Of a stretch of 64,000 nucleotides of DNA, positions 1 to 13,359 are shown in pieces. The notes beneath the pieces are model-generated. The model saw only the letters and a list, made by a program, of their open reading frames with translations, did not search any database and was not told the DNA's origin. A program made the translations under genes and the position numbers. Source of the DNA: Piedraia hortae CBS 480.64 (taxonomy: Eukaryota); contig MU005968.1 of NCBI GenBank assembly GCA_010093745.1, positions 186,001 through 250,000 on the forward strand, given 5' to 3'. Every line of letters starts with the position of its first letter. The first letter of the stretch is position 1.

Positions 1-3000
1 GTTCCTGGTCAAAATTCGTTGAGATCTGCTCTACGTAGGCCAACCTCTGCCTTTCCGTTTGGCGAGACGGTGAACAATGCCCACATGTTCCGTACAACCA
101 GCTTGGTTTCGACCCACGTGCCGCCGCAAGTTGAGCAGCCGCTACGTTCTAGAACCAATGCAGAGGAGCCGCGGAGGACGCAACGGTCGTCTTATGTGCC
201 GAATTTTGATCTCACACTGAGCACTCACGCATCTCCTTTGGATCTGCCAACGATTGGTGCCAGGAAGTTTGCACCCGGCAAGCTCGGCGCCCAAGACTTC
301 AAGAAATGTTCTGAGCCATGGGCCATGTCGGGAATCATGTCTTGGCTGGCCCAGACTGTCTCCCCGGAGCAGTATGCTGAGCTCAAGGAAGCCGATGTAT
401 TAGAGGCGTTGGTGGCCTTGTTCACCCACAAGGTGCCGACCATGAACATTGCCGATGCGGAGGGTCTCGGGGGCCATTTCATCTCACAGATGTATGCGCA
501 AGGCCGGTTGGTAAAGTCGGAAGAGTGGGTTTCCATAGTCTCAGGCAAGATGGAAGGCGTGATATATCAGTTGACGGGTACCGGATGCTATTCGCCTAGG
601 CTACACGAGCACGTCGAGCCTGGGCGTTGCTACAGTCGCTTGTGCCAGCGGACGCTGAAAAAAGTCAACCTTCAAGGCCCGCCGGCTCGGGAAATGGAGA
701 GCTGGGAAGTGTTCTACAACCTGTCAAGGTCAGACTGGGAAAATGCAGACAAGAAGGAGCTGCAGAGGCAAAATGTGCTGCATGAAATTGTTCAGACTGA
801 GGAACGGTATATGAGGCAGATTAACGTGCTTCGAAAGCTCTACCGCGACCAGCTTGCCAATGCTGAGCCTTCGATCATCACCCCAGAACGCAAGACCGAG
901 TTTTTGAAAGAAGTGTTTGGCCGCATCGATGCGGTGAAACGGGCAAACGAAGACTACCTGTTACCGCAACTCAAGTACAGACAAGAGGAGCAGGGACCGT
1001 GGGTCGTTGGCTTTTCCGACATCTTTAGACAGTGGATACGCAAGGCAAGAACAGCATACCTAGACTACGCTGCCGGCTTTCCAGCCGCTAACCTACTCGT
1101 ACGTCAAGAGCTGCAACGGAATCTGGATTTCCGGGCCTTTATCGAGCGAGCAAGCAAAGATGAACGGTCCAGCCGACTGCAGTGGGACACATATCTCAAG
1201 GCGCCCATAACGCGGTTGCAGCGCTATGGCCTGCTGCTGGAGTCGGTGCTCAAGTGCATGAAGGAAGAGAGTACTGAGAAGAAGGAACTCAAAATTGCGT
1301 GGGAAGAGGTGAAAAAAGTGACTCTGGAGTGTGATGCACGCGTGGCTGAGATGCAACGCAAGGCCGACCTTAAAGACTTGGCTACTAGATTGGTCTTGCG
1401 GCCAGCCATAAGGGAAAGCGTCAAGCTCAACCTAGATCATTACAGACGTGAGCTCGTCTATAGGGGTGATCTGCAGCGGAACAGTGAGAAGAAGATGGCA
1501 TGGCTCGACTCACATGTGTTGCTGTTCGACCACTACCTCGTCCTGGCTAAGCTGACAGATCGACGAACGTACGATGTTAGTCGCCCTCCGATCCCAATGG
1601 ACTTGCTGGTGCTGGAAAGCACCAATGAGCCGCTAATCCAGAAGTCGAGCTATGTCAGAGGCATCACGTCTGTAGCCGCCCCGGGCACCAGCCCCGTACC
1701 AACTGTAATGCAGAATGGGCCTGTGACGACTCTGGGCGAGAGTGATAAGATTCTCTATCCCTTCAAGATCAAGCATGTGGGTCAACACGGTCACACTTAT
1801 ACTTTGCTTGCTTCGTCTGAGAATAGTCGAAGGGAATGGTGTCAGAACATCATTAAGGCGAAGATGAAGCGCGCCGCGGCGCTTCAGGCTCAGAATGCAG
1901 AGCCATTCCGTCTGCGGATCATGGCTGATAGCGCCTTTGCACCGCCCACGATGACTACCGGACTGGCAGGAGGGAAAGCGCCGACCATAGCCAACACTCC
2001 GCTCGACCGGGCCATTAAGGAGACGGAGCAGCGTTTCCAGGGCACATCCCTGCCCGGTCCCGTTTGTAGAGCCAGGGTGAACTGCGCAACAAGCTTCCTT
2101 GTGCCACAGGTAGGAAAACTGGAGCCGAAGCGCAAGGTGGCCGTGGGCACCGACTTTGGCGTGTTTGTAAGCGACTACGACAACCTGCGGGGATGGAGGA
2201 AGGTGAGATATCTGTCTACGCACCAGAGTAGCTTTGATGCTAACACCACAGCAGGCAATCCAACTAAGCAGCGTAACGCAGATTGCGGTCCTAGAAGACT
2301 TCAACCTCTTCCTCCTCATCGCGGAAAAGGTCCTGATAGCCTACCACCTCGACACAATCTGCTACGACGACCGTGAAAACGTGTCTGCACCCTCATCAAC
2401 CCGCAAAGCCCCCCAACGCCTCTCAGGCAGCCGAGACGTCGGCTTCTTCGTGACAGGACGGATGAAAGACCGGATGCTGGTCATCTACAAAAAGCGCGAG
2501 AACCTCAACAGCGTCTTCAAAGTCCTCGAACCCATCTATCAAAAAACCTCTTCCTACCAAACTAGCCGCTTCAACCTCTTCCGCAGCCAAACCGAATTCT
2601 TCCGTGACTACGACGAATTCTACATCCCCACCGAATGCAGCGGCGTGCGAATATTCCGCTCAAGCCTCTCAGTCGCCACATCCCGAGGCTTCGAAGTCAT
2701 GACCCTCGAGAAGAAAATGCCCTGGACCGTCCCCGACACGGCACCGCCTCACGTAGCCGGCATCGCAGCCAAAATTCGCAACCAGCGAGCCCTAACCATG
2801 CTCCGCCTCAGCGACGAAGAATTCCTCCTGGTCTACACTCACTGTGCAATCTACATGAACCAACACGGCGAAATCAACCGTAGCGTGCAGGTTGATTTCG
2901 AGGGGGCTGCCCAATCGGCTACCCTGTACGGTGACTACCTCGTCCTCTTTGATTCAAATTTTGTCGAAATCAGAAACGCGCATAATGGACGTCTGAAACA

Positions 3001-3136
3001 GGTTGTTCATGGAAGGGATGTAAGGTGTCTTGATGATGGGAGCGGGGAAGGTGGAACGGTCAAGTTTACCATGCTGCATCCTGATCGTGCCGATAGGACA
3101 CAGTTGGTTCTCGAGTTGGTGCTTAATGTGATGTAG
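1..3136 (+). CDS. Rho1 guanine-nucleotide exchange factor, Tus1/Rgf3/Rom2 family (DH-PH-CNH), 5'-truncated at the window edge; intron 2203..2251 or 2203..2254
   Basis: The frame is open from base 1. It has a DH domain (RQNVLHEIVQTEERY...YLKAPITRLQRYGLLL) and a PH domain (HVLLFDHYLVLAK). The CNH domain is split between ORFs 19..2376 and 2234..3136 and is rejoined in frame by a gtgaga..gctaac..cag intron. Confidence 0.92.
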
Positions 3137-3737
3137 TTTGACGGGGAGGGTAGGGTTTGTTATGATTACGATGGATGAAAGTATTGACATCTACTTTTTT
3201 CTGCGCAGCGCTATGCTGCCCTACGCGATGGTGTGGAAGAGTAATTTGACTTCGGTTGTTATTCGCCCCCCTGCATGATTCTCGCTGCATGCAGATGCAC
3301 CCTGTTCCGAAGATGCATGGGTAGGATTATCTCTGCCTCAACATTGTTGGGATGGAAGGGAGAATTCCCTAGGGACAACTAACCGGGGAAGGAAATCAGA
3401 GGGTTAAACTTCCCACTTCGCTTATCTCTATCCTCAAAGATCATGAGGAGAAAAAAAAAAGAATGGGAGAAAGAGAAAAGATGTGGCGAAGTGGCTAAAC
3501 GGTTTCACCGCATGCGTGATGCGACCGGGATGGCTGCGTTGGGGGGGTGAAAACCCGTCGCCAAGAAATCATGATAGGAGGGATTGTAGAAAAGGAAGGG
3601 AAACAGTATCGTAAAGCATAGCGCGTGCTACAGAATAATCGAAGAAAAAAGCGTCTGGATACCCATAATCTTTCGTGGCGCAGCCATTACTCGTTCACCA
3701 AACAATACGGCCTGCGCATCAAGCACCATGGCTTCCT

Positions 3738-4799
3738 CTACAACCCTTGGATTGCGTAGAGGTATGTCTTCCCGCTGGTCGTGAGTTCTCCGTTAGAGTC
3801 TGTCAACGGCCACACGTCGCCGAGTCCCATGCCGTTGCTGGGGCCGTAGGCAACGACGCTAGGGTGACTCTCAAAGTAGCGCACGGAGTCATAGATGAAG
3901 CTGTTGATCTGATCCTGATCCGTGCAGGGAGACCAGCTGGGTTGGTCGTTGACACATGCAAATTCGCTGACCCAAATGGGCTTGTTGTACTTGGTGTAGT
4001 GCTCAACCACCTTCTTGACTTCGTCGATGTTGGGCTTGTTGACGTGGATCGAAGTGACGTCCCACTGATGCTCGAGGCCCTCCTGGCTGAAAGGCTCAAG
4101 GAAATCCTCATCATACTGCTTGCACATGGAGGGCGAGCCGAGAATGGTGCCCTTGTTCTTGAGAGGGACCATGTGCTGGTTCCAGGCATTGGCCGCATCA
4201 CGTGTGCTCATGTCCGAGGACATGGGGCAGTAGCAATCGGGCTCAAAGAAGCCAAACATGATGCTGGGGTGGTTACCATTGTCGACGTAGTCGTTGAAGA
4301 GCTGCATGCGCTGTTTCTCGAGATCAGTGCACGACGAGCCCTGCGCGGCCCAGAGCATGCCGATGCCCATAACACCGTTCGCATCGGGCGTATCTGGGAG
4401 GTAGTCCGAGTACCACGAGATGTGTTCCGCGAACTGTCCAAAGGCCGAGATGTTGCTAATACCTGGAAAGCCCGAGAGACCCGCCTTCTTGCCATTGGGG
4501 ACCAGATTGCCAAGGCTGAGGCCTTGGTTGGAGCTGCCCGAATTGGCAGCATTATTGTCGGGAGCCTTCACCGGCACCTTAGCCGAGTGAATGGCATTCG
4601 GGGTGTTGACGGCCGTCGCAAACGTGGTGGGCGACTTGGTGGTGGCCGCCGTGGTGGGATGAGCGTACTGGGTGACCCAAGACGTGACAGTACGGACGTT
4701 GCCGCTCTGCGAATGGTAATCACCATGACGGTGGCCGTGGCCGTGCTCGCGCCCGAGCGCGGAGGCGGCCAAAGCGATGACAAGCAGAGTGTAATGCAT
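3738..4799 (-). CDS. Secreted GH128 / Asl1-like (Glyco_hydro_cc) beta-1,3-glucanase-like protein
   Basis: Signal peptide MHYTLLVIALAASALG (ATG at 4799) followed by a His/Thr-rich linker. GH128-type motifs: ISWYSDY, GFFEPD, LGSPS, KPIWVSEFAC, VVAY. Confidence 0.85.
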   Translation of the reverse strand: MHYTLLVIALAASALGREHGHGHRHGDYHSQSGNVRTVTSWVTQYAHPTTAATTKSPTTFATAVNTPNAIHSAKVPVKAPDNNAANSGSSNQGLSLGNLVPNGKKAGLSGFPGISNISAFGQFAEHISWYSDYLPDTPDANGVMGIGMLWAAQGSSCTDLEKQRMQLFNDYVDNGNHPSIMFGFFEPDCYCPMSSDMSTRDAANAWNQHMVPLKNKGTILGSPSMCKQYDEDFLEPFSQEGLEHQWDVTSIHVNKPNIDEVKKVVEHYTKYNKPIWVSEFACVNDQPSWSPCTDQDQINSFIYDSVRYFESHPSVVAYGPSNGMGLGDVWPLTDSNGELTTSGKTYLYAIQGL

Positions 4800-6499
4800 T
4801 GTTGTTAGAAATCGGAGAGAGGCTGGCTCTGCGTAGGAACGATTGACAGTGAGCGTAGGGGGTAAAAGGAGCGACTGTGATTGTGGTGTGTGTTGAAGGA
4901 ACGAAAAAGAAGGCACAGCCAGCGACAGAAGGGAACAGCGAGCGCGCCGGGGTTTATAGCGCAACGCGCCAGGCAGAAAAAGTGGGGCGCATTCATCTCC
5001 ACGTGCAGCCGCAGCGCGCCAATCACAGCCTCTCTCGGCGCCGCTCCCCGGGACTTCCTTCATTGCGGCGCGGGCCGCGTTTCAACCTGCGGAGACGTTT
5101 AACGCCCTTCCCCCCTCCCCTCCTCAACCCCCGACTTTTGGCTACGCGTCATGTATCGCCGTTGGGACGCCGTGATACCTGTGCATTCTTCTGCCTCACC
5201 GCTCTCTCTTGGAAAGCGAATATCTTCCTTTCAGCCTATCCGCCACGAGGCACAAGTTTTGACATCCATCAATCTATCGAGACTACGCCACAAGCCTCGT
5301 CCTTGTGGCCGAACCGAAGCTTTTTCCGAATGAACGTCCACCAACGGGCGTGTTTGCTTCCCTTGACAGACAAGGATATCACCCCCACGTCACGTTATCA
5401 CTCAACCCCAGTCTGTTGTGGAGACGAACCACACTCTAGATTGCGTGTTGAACCTCTTTTTTCGTTTCTTTTTCCCACGTCGGCGGAGTCCCGAGTGCCT
5501 CTCCGGGTCTAGTCCTCTAAACCTTTTCATTATTCTTTTGTGAAACCGCTCCGTCAAAGTTCAGAATGTAGATTGACATGCACCGCATCCGCGCCACTGG
5601 CTTCATGTGGTTGTCATGCGACAAGACTCCATTGCATCAAAGAAAGTGTGCAATCTAGCCCCGCTGACGTGAACGCCTGCAGACGTGTCGATCATGTCTA
5701 AATAATCTAGAACTTCCTGCCGTGATGGCTGGCTGGTCCCGCAATCACGGCTGTTGTGTCTCACTCCATGGCGCACTCTTGCAATATTCTGACGTTATCG
5801 ATGTAGATCGATTGCTCCTCGGATTTCACGGTTCAGACTGCCGAGGCATGTTATGTTCAACGAGAAAGAACGGAGCGGGGTTGTGTACACAGCGTCTGCC
5901 CGCAAAAGTGCTTGGTGAGTGCACAAAGTAAGGACTAAGGCACAACGAAGAATTGGTCAGAGGACCGCTGCTGACATACATTGCAGTGCTCCTCTGCTCA
6001 AACTGTTACGTTGATCGAACCCCTCGGCGCTCGTCACCGTACATAATGCAACATGTAGCAAAGCCGAGATGGCCTTGATGCACTTGTCCGACGACACCTC
6101 TCGTTTTGCAAGCAGCCGATGGCTGCGACTATCCGCCTGTGTTCAAGGAAGAAAGACGTTGGCATTAAACGGTCGGCTGCAAACCAGCCCTGTACATGTC
6201 GGGAGCCACTTAAGCATATACGCGTATGCAGGCTATCATCTAGAGGCGTCGGCACGGGAACTTCGCGATCGAGGACTCTCATGTATATCTGCTGCACTAT
6301 GCATCTACAACTCCATCGTCGCACTGGCGGTGAATGTTCTGTATACATGGGTCGTTCATGAGATAAGATCGGCAGTTGAACGTCATGGAAGGTGGGTCAG
6401 CCAAGATAATTCGCAAAGTCTCTCAGTGAGATTATGTCTTGGCAGGTGGCTGGGGAGAGCATCCTCTCCAGCCTGGATATCCAGCCCATGTTCCCAAAT

Positions 6500-8750
6500 G
6501 AGTTGAGACCCAACTGTCTCTGTAAATGCCCCTTTTCCCATTTGGTTGAATTCCTTGTTTGCTTTTTTCCGCGAAGCGCCTCAAGAATCCTCTAGGCGGT
6601 TAATGTCTCTGATGCCTCGAAAGCCTTCAGCCTCAATACTCGCTCTCTATTTCTGCTTTCTTTGTGGAAACCCATATTGCTTTCCGCCTGTCACTGTCGC
6701 CAGGGGCTGACGTGTGCAATCACAGCGGAAACATCCTATGTGCCGATTTTTCCATGCAAATTCAACACCAAGCTTGCTACCACCAAGGGAAACTGGAGCA
6801 AATATCCTCGTTAATGTATCGCCTGATCTTCCTCACCGCGATCGTCGATTCAAGCCTCAACGTCATGATTCAGGGTCTCGTTGCTGCCACCTTCCAGAAC
6901 TCCATCAAAAAAACAAACACCTATTTTAATATCTTCTGTGGCCTCTTCCTTTCTTTTTACTAGTTATCAGTCCCATCACTTTTCCTTAAGACCGAATCTC
7001 CAATAACGTCTAGGTATGTAGGAACGTGCTTGCTCACACTCATCCACAAATCAGCCTTCCACTTTCGATCTTCCCATGTGGCTTTTTCTTCTAGCTAGTT
7101 GCGTGTGTTCTCCGTCCACGTCGTCTAGTTAGGACAATCATGTGCCCCTTCCCGAATCCACATTAGCAGACACTTCCGCGTCCAACCTTTTTCTGTGGCC
7201 TTTGGCTAGCTATCATCCTTATCACACGTTTCTTATCATACGACTTGTTTGTTTCTTTCCCTACGCTGCCAATATAGGAACGTGCTTTGTTTCTCGCCTA
7301 AAACCACATGAACGAAACCGCCTTCCACTTTCAACCTTGTTTCGTGCAATCTTCTTTTCATTCTACTACTTACCACTCCCCAGTTTCTTTCTCTATGTCG
7401 TCTATGTACGGAAGTCCAATGCCACCTCCTAAACTCACATCACCAAACAGAAGCTTCTTCAGTGGCCTTTTGCTTCCCTTTTGTTGCTTATGGTTCTTTT
7501 ACTTGAAACTTTTGCTACTTTGTGTAGACTCGTGCCTCGTCTCTTTCTTAAAATCACATCAGCAAGCAACCTCCCACTTCCAATCTCTCCTATGACCTTT
7601 CATCTTTCCATCCATCAGCCCCGGGACTTTTTACTCAGACAGTTTCTTCCTTTATGTCGTCTAGGGATCATAGGCCAATCGAGGTCACGCATGTATCCCT
7701 CAAGTGAAAACCAAATCCCATCCCCAGCGTCCTATGTGCGAAGTAGTGTGAAGTCATCCTCCTTGTCCAACATGGCATACATATTCGAAGAAAACTCCCC
7801 AGGATCAAAGACCCCGAAAGCAAACCCAAGTGTGAGGTTCGTTTACTCAGGCCCTGTGTATGACTATTGAAATACCATTGTACATAGCAATAGTTGGAGT
7901 TATACAACTGTATGCCTAGGACTTTTGTGCCGCTTGCAAACAAATGATATACGAGAGCAACTGATTGGCCCAAGCATGTTTGCTCTCTTAAATCCCCCTA
8001 GTGGAGCACATCGGGATCGACACAACTATTCAAACAAGACAAGTCTTTAGCATGAGTGGGATAAACCTGGTGGTGATGCCTGGCTTCAAAACCCAATAAT
8101 CTGTGGATCAATTAGAGATGAAAGGGAGCCGGTAATCTGCACAAGCGTGCGAGATGTTTGACATGATTTGGACGATGTCGCCATTCCTAACTCATTACTC
8201 TACCCTCTACATGCACATCTTCAACTTCCCTCTCCACCACCAAGAGGAAAAGCCCTTTTTTTTTACGGTTTAATCTCCTCCACACGAATAATGTACACCT
8301 ATCATACATAGACTAGTGCACGCAGTGGGGGAGATTTGTACTCATTTTTGTGGAGCGTAGCCATGGGAAAATGTCGCTCTACCGGAAGGCGTGTGTCGGA
8401 GAGATCATATTTTTCACCAGTTCAAGGTCTCCCGCGGTGGGAACTCGAGGAACCCCTCACGCGAATGGCGAGTAAAAAGGAGAAAGGCTGGGGAATGGAA
8501 AAATTTCTTTATACAATGGGGACAATAGTGCCAAGCACGATATTCCACCGCTTTACCTACTCTCCCCCGACCCCCTAGATACCTAATGGGAATAATTTGC
8601 ATCCCTTCCCAGAGAGGGCTAAACAGAAGGGGTGCTAATTTCACCCCTAGGTCAATGCGGTCATTTGCACGCGTACAACTAAAGTGGGACTGATTACAAT
8701 TCCAGGTTGGTCTACACAAGTATTACCACCCACCTGGACTCGAATCACCC
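6500..8750 (-). pseudogene. Degenerate gene or transposon relic of unknown type (boundaries approximate)
   Basis: Protein-like minus-strand fragments (TNLTLGFAFGVFDP, YAMLDKEDDFTLLRT*DAGDGIWF, RIDLGVKLAPLLF) and a Lys-rich stretch broken by many stops. Family not recognised. Confidence 0.25.
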
Positions 8751-10206
8751 CGGCGAAGCCAGCCATACTGAAGAATAGAATCGACGGAGATGCTTTGGAT
8801 TATCATCAAATCTTGGTATTTAGTTCATGGTAGGGACCGCATGCATGCGTGGCTAATTTTCGTGGGTAGGAAATGTATGTGGATGAGTTGGGGACTTTGC
8901 TTTGAACGGTGCCCTCTTTCACACAGATTGGAAGCCGCGGCACGAAAGACAAGAGAGGTATTTTCCGAAGGGTGGGCACATAGCAATCAGTTGTTAATAT
9001 CACATGCATCTATTAAATCAAGGAAACATCCCTCGCTGCTCCATCATCCTACCTTACGCTACAGTCGAGCATTTTACTGCCACGAAGCCCCATTCATGCT
9101 ACCGCACCATTCAATTGGACATTCTTCCCATCCTTAGGCCGAAACGTAGTTACCAGGGTTCAATCTTTGAGGCCTATCCCCTCGGATCACTGCCCAAATC
9201 CTCCTGGTAATGTTTCGCTTTCCACCAAAGGTCATGCTCGGGATCCGTGATAGGGGCTCCTATTGGTGCAGTCGAACTGGGGAGATTGTCCACGTTTTTC
9301 AGCGAATGCACTTCGGAGCCTGTTCGCGTATAAAATATGTTATGAATGCGGACCTGGGCCATGGTCTAGGGGATTACTTGCGGAGAAATTGCTTGGGTTA
9401 TACAGCGCACTTGTTGCACGGGCTGATGTGTCGGAGGGCGCTGACTTGGAATCATGCGATTTGATGCTGCTTGGGGCATGCGGATCACTGTGTGACTGCA
9501 ATATGGAAGGCAGTTCGGAAAGTGTATACCTTCGTAGCCGCCCTGAGCGAGATCGACACTACTTACTGCCAAAACAGGCCATCAGAAAGCAGATTGCATA
9601 GAGAACGAGACTAAGAGCCTGTGGAGTGAACTTGAGCTTATAAACGTTCTTGAGCTCTTTATAGACCTACACCTTTGACATTCTGAGGGTCATACCGCTG
9701 CATTCGATAGGTTAGTCTTCGCTTCATCATGACTTTTCTTTTGCTTTCCGGATAAACGATCTCAACCGTCGTAGTTAATCGCAATACAGTGTATGATTGA
9801 GATTACTCTGGAGGATTTCAATTAAGAAGTTCAAACGGATGCTCTGAACATTTAACACAAGTTCAGCAGCAATGGACCGTCTTTAATTTGCAAGACATCG
9901 AACTAGATTGACAACAGAAAGCTGCGGACCGAGGAGTTAAACCTGGATTGCGTTGAGTTCAAATGGCTGACCAACCATCAGCTGTAGATCAGCTCGTGGC
10001 CGCACTGCTGGGCAACCCACGGCAACCATCTCTTGTGTTAAATCTTGGAAGTATTACATCATAGCTGCAACCCTAATGTTTCAACACTTCCGATACCAAT
10101 CCCAGTGCAAACCAAATCTCCAAAGAACCGAATCGCCCAAAACAACAACCCCGATTCCTCAAGTTTTCGAAACACTTCAACTTCACCCTCCACCTCTACC
10201 CAAAAA

Positions 10207-10860
10207 ATGAAACCCACACCCCAAGACGCGCAACGCGTCATCCAAGAGCGCATCAACTCCGCCCCGTTATCTCTTCTCTGCGCCATCCTCCTCGAACACT
10301 ATGGGAAAGGATCCACGCGTCAGCGTGTCTCATCTAATGCTCCAGAGAAGCCTTGAAAGCCTACCTGGCGGCACAAAACGAAAAGCCCAAGAAGAAATCA
10401 AAATCTGCACAAAGTGTAAAGACGCGTTTTCTCAAAGTGAGAATGATAAGGCTGCGTGTAGATTTCTTTCTGGTAGGTTGACTGCCAACCTGGAGATGGG
10501 TTTGTAGGTTAGGGGTGGGATTGCCTCGTTCTTTTAATTCTACGCTCACGCCCCCCCACCCATCCACCCTCCCTCCGCTCTCCCCCAATGCTAACAAAAC
10601 CAGGAGACCTAGAACCAGAAGACGTCTGGCTCGACCACGACGAGCAATGTCACGGTCCCATCAACCGGTCCGAGAATCGGAGGGACCACATCGAGGCATT
10701 TATATATGCCTGCTGCGACAAACGCGGGGGCGAAGAAGGGTGTATGAAAGGTCCGCATAGAGTAATAGGCATGAATGATCTCTGGAAGGGGGGGGTTATC
10801 CACTCTGACGAGGACGATGACGATGATGAAGACGAAGATAAAGACGAAGATGAAGAGTAG
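10207..10860 (+). CDS. Small Cys/His-rich putative Zn-binding protein, tandem copy 1 (intron 10473..10603; apparent frameshift near 10300, or start at ATG 10301)
   Basis: KRKA..ICTKCKDAF..ENDKAACRF, then an intron (gtaggt..gctaac..cag), then W.DHDE..HGPI...CC..RG.EEGC..GPH and an acidic tail. Confidence 0.6.
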
Positions 10861-11071
10861 AAGTTCGGCTGGGACGGACGGAGAAATGTATACATAACAT
10901 TCTACCCAGTAGTCGTGATCGCGCGGTGCCCCCCGCCGTTTTCCATCAGATCTCAAAACCTTCTCGCGAATCGAAACTTTCCACCCGCGGCCGTTTTCAA
11001 AAATTCCCCATGCAATGGGATTAAGTTATACATGCGCGAGTAAACTAAACACTCCTACCAACCCAGTCCCA

Positions 11072-11509
11072 ATGTTCGGCAACCCAACCCCCATCCAATC
11101 CGCCCCTTCCCCAATCCTCCGCTCAATCCTCCTCACCCTCTGCGAGGACCCCTCAACCCTCACCAAGGCCCTAAACCCTCTCAACACAACCACACGCAAA
11201 CGCAAAGCGTCCGAAGAGGCTGAAATCTGTGCGCAGTGTCAGGATTCGTTTTACGAGAGTGAGAATAGGAAGAGGAAGTGTTGATTTCATGTTGGTAAGT
11301 CAGAGCGATTGAAGTTGATGAAGAGGATGCAACGTGGGAGACGTGGGAGGAGTACAACGAAACGATGGATACAGAGGAGAATCAGAGATTTTTTCCGGAT
11401 GGACTTGTCTGGGTTTTTTGTCAGAGGAGGGGAAGTGATGAGGAGCGTAGGAGGGGACCGCGTAGAGTTGTTGGGGCGAAGGGGGTTGAGGGAGGGGGTT
11501 GGAGTGTGA
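11072..11509 (+). pseudogene. Tandem copy 2 of the Cys/His-rich gene, disrupted
   Basis: IQSAP..ILRSILLTLC, KRKASEEAEICAQCQDSFYESEN..KC*FH (in-frame TGA where copy 1 has Arg). The second exon is frameshifted (MDTEENQRFFPDGLVWVFC). Confidence 0.6.
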
Positions 11510-11899
11510 CAGTGATGACGAGGATGATGGGACAGAGGATAGGGTTGAGGGGGTGACGATGGAAGGGGCGAAGGAGGGCGCATAGGAGATGGAGGTTGTT
11601 GAGATTAAGGATGACGGGTAGTTAAATGGGCTTGTTGTAAGATGGTGCGAACGCTTTGAAACAAAGTTTCAAGAAAGTCGATCCACAGAGAATGGACGAT
11701 GTGTGTTCTAATAAGCAGCGGCACCTCACAGGTGTGTCACGCGTATCTAGAGCTCCACAAGAAAATTTCTGAGTACTCGAACCCTGGTCCGGGATGTGGG
11801 TCATCACCTGCGGATCGCTCTGTGGCGACCTGCACAACAATGTGCATATATCCCAAACGTTGAGCGATTAGTGAAAACTTTTGGGCTTCCCACCAAGGG

Positions 11900-12447
11900 G
11901 CCAAGTGACACAACTCTTCCTCCACGGACCACCTATAATCCGCACCAGAACCCACAATCCGCGCCATCCTCCTCCCCCTCTGCGGCAAAAAAGACACCAC
12001 ATTCTGACACGCAGTGACCTACCTCGATCAAATCGAACAGAAGCAAAACTCTTCCATCACCAAAAAGCGCAAAGCAACCGACGAAATCTTAAACTGCATC
12101 CAATGCAGTAGACCCTTTTACGGGGGATAAAACACCCCCAAGGCATGTCAATTTCATCCTCGTAAGTCACTGCCATCTCTTTTGAATGTGATGCTGATGG
12201 AGCAGAACGCATGGAGGTAGATTACGACTCCGAGATGTGGGCTGACTATAATGCCATCTCTCCGGAAATTGATTGTGGCATGAATCGGGAGGAGTTCCCC
12301 GAGGGGTTTAGGTTCCCTTGTTGTAAGGAACGGGGGGATGAAGAGGGCTGTGCATGGGATGAGCATCGCAAGGCGGGTGTGAAAGATCGGAAGGTTGTTG
12401 GTGGGAGGGAAAGTGAGGAGCTTGGTGAAGGGGAGGGAAAGAAGTGA
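11900..12447 (+). pseudogene. Tandem copy 3 of the Cys/His-rich gene, disrupted (start approximate)
   Basis: KRKATDEILNCIQCSRPFYGG*NTPKACQFHP, then a gtaagt..gctgat..cag intron, then EVDYDSEMWADY...FPEGFRFPCCKERGDEEGC...H. Confidence 0.6.
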
Positions 12448-12560
12448 TTCTTTGAAGTTCACTCGACAAGATGATAACACGATAACCACGTACGGTGATA
12501 GCCGATATCGGTCATATCTACCCCGCACTTCCACCACCATCATCTCAATCATCCAACTCC

Positions 12561-13359
12561 ATGGCCTCGTATCCCGTCGATCCTCGCTCAAAGGGCAACC
12601 GCCTCGCTAAGCGCAGTAAGTAGCCTACACCACTTATCCTTCCACATCCCAACAACATCCCCAGCAAAGTACGACGTTCAAACCATCCACTCCATCGTGA
12701 ACGAATGCCCCATCCTACATGTCTCTTTCAACAGCGATGAGAGTGAGTTCCCAACAATTCTACCCATGCTGGGAGCCATGGGATGTCTCAACGGAGACGG
12801 CGACGAAGAAGGAGAGGAATATCTCTACCTACACGGCTCCTCAACCGCGCGTCTGTTCAAACTAGGCTCTAGCATACCACTCTGCATCAGCGCAACAATT
12901 CTAGACGGATACGTGTTAGCGTACACGCCGTTCCACAATAGCTGCAACTACCGCAGCGCGATTCTGTTTGGACGAGCGGAGATGGTCGGCGACAATGAGG
13001 AGCGGCTTCGCGCGCTACGGTTGATTACGAATAACACCGTGCCAAACAGGTGGGAGAACAGCCGTGGGGAGATGACCAACGCCGAGATGACGGCTACCGC
13101 GGTGTTGAAGGTGAATATTGAAACTGCTTCGCACAAAGTGCGGAACGGGGGCCCAGGAGATGATAAAGCCGATCTCGTGAATGATGAATTGACAACAAAG
13201 ACTTTTGTGGGCGTTGTGCCTGCGTATCTTACTCTTGCTGATCCCGTGGCGGCGGAATATAATAAGCTTAAGCAGGTGCCCGAGTATCTCAAGGATTGGG
13301 TCGCGGACACGAACTCGACAAATGAGCAGAAGGCGATTGATGCCATGGAGGAGAATTGA
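12561..13359 (+). CDS. Flavin-nucleotide-binding protein, pyridoxamine 5'-phosphate oxidase-like / NimA family (intron 12616..12664)
   Basis: Exon 1 MASYPVDPRSKGNRLAKR splices in frame to KYDVQTIHSIVNECPILHVSF. Family motifs: LYLHGS, ATILDGYVLA.TPFHNSCNYRSAILFG, RWENSR, KVRNGGP.DD. Confidence 0.88.

Noticed and set aside
3675..4808. 377-aa plus-strand ORF
   Set aside because: Antisense shadow of the GC3-rich GH128 gene; no motifs.
4800..5063. N-terminal extension of the 441-aa ORF
   Set aside because: It crosses a tataaa box and CT-rich promoter; the signal peptide begins at ATG 4799.
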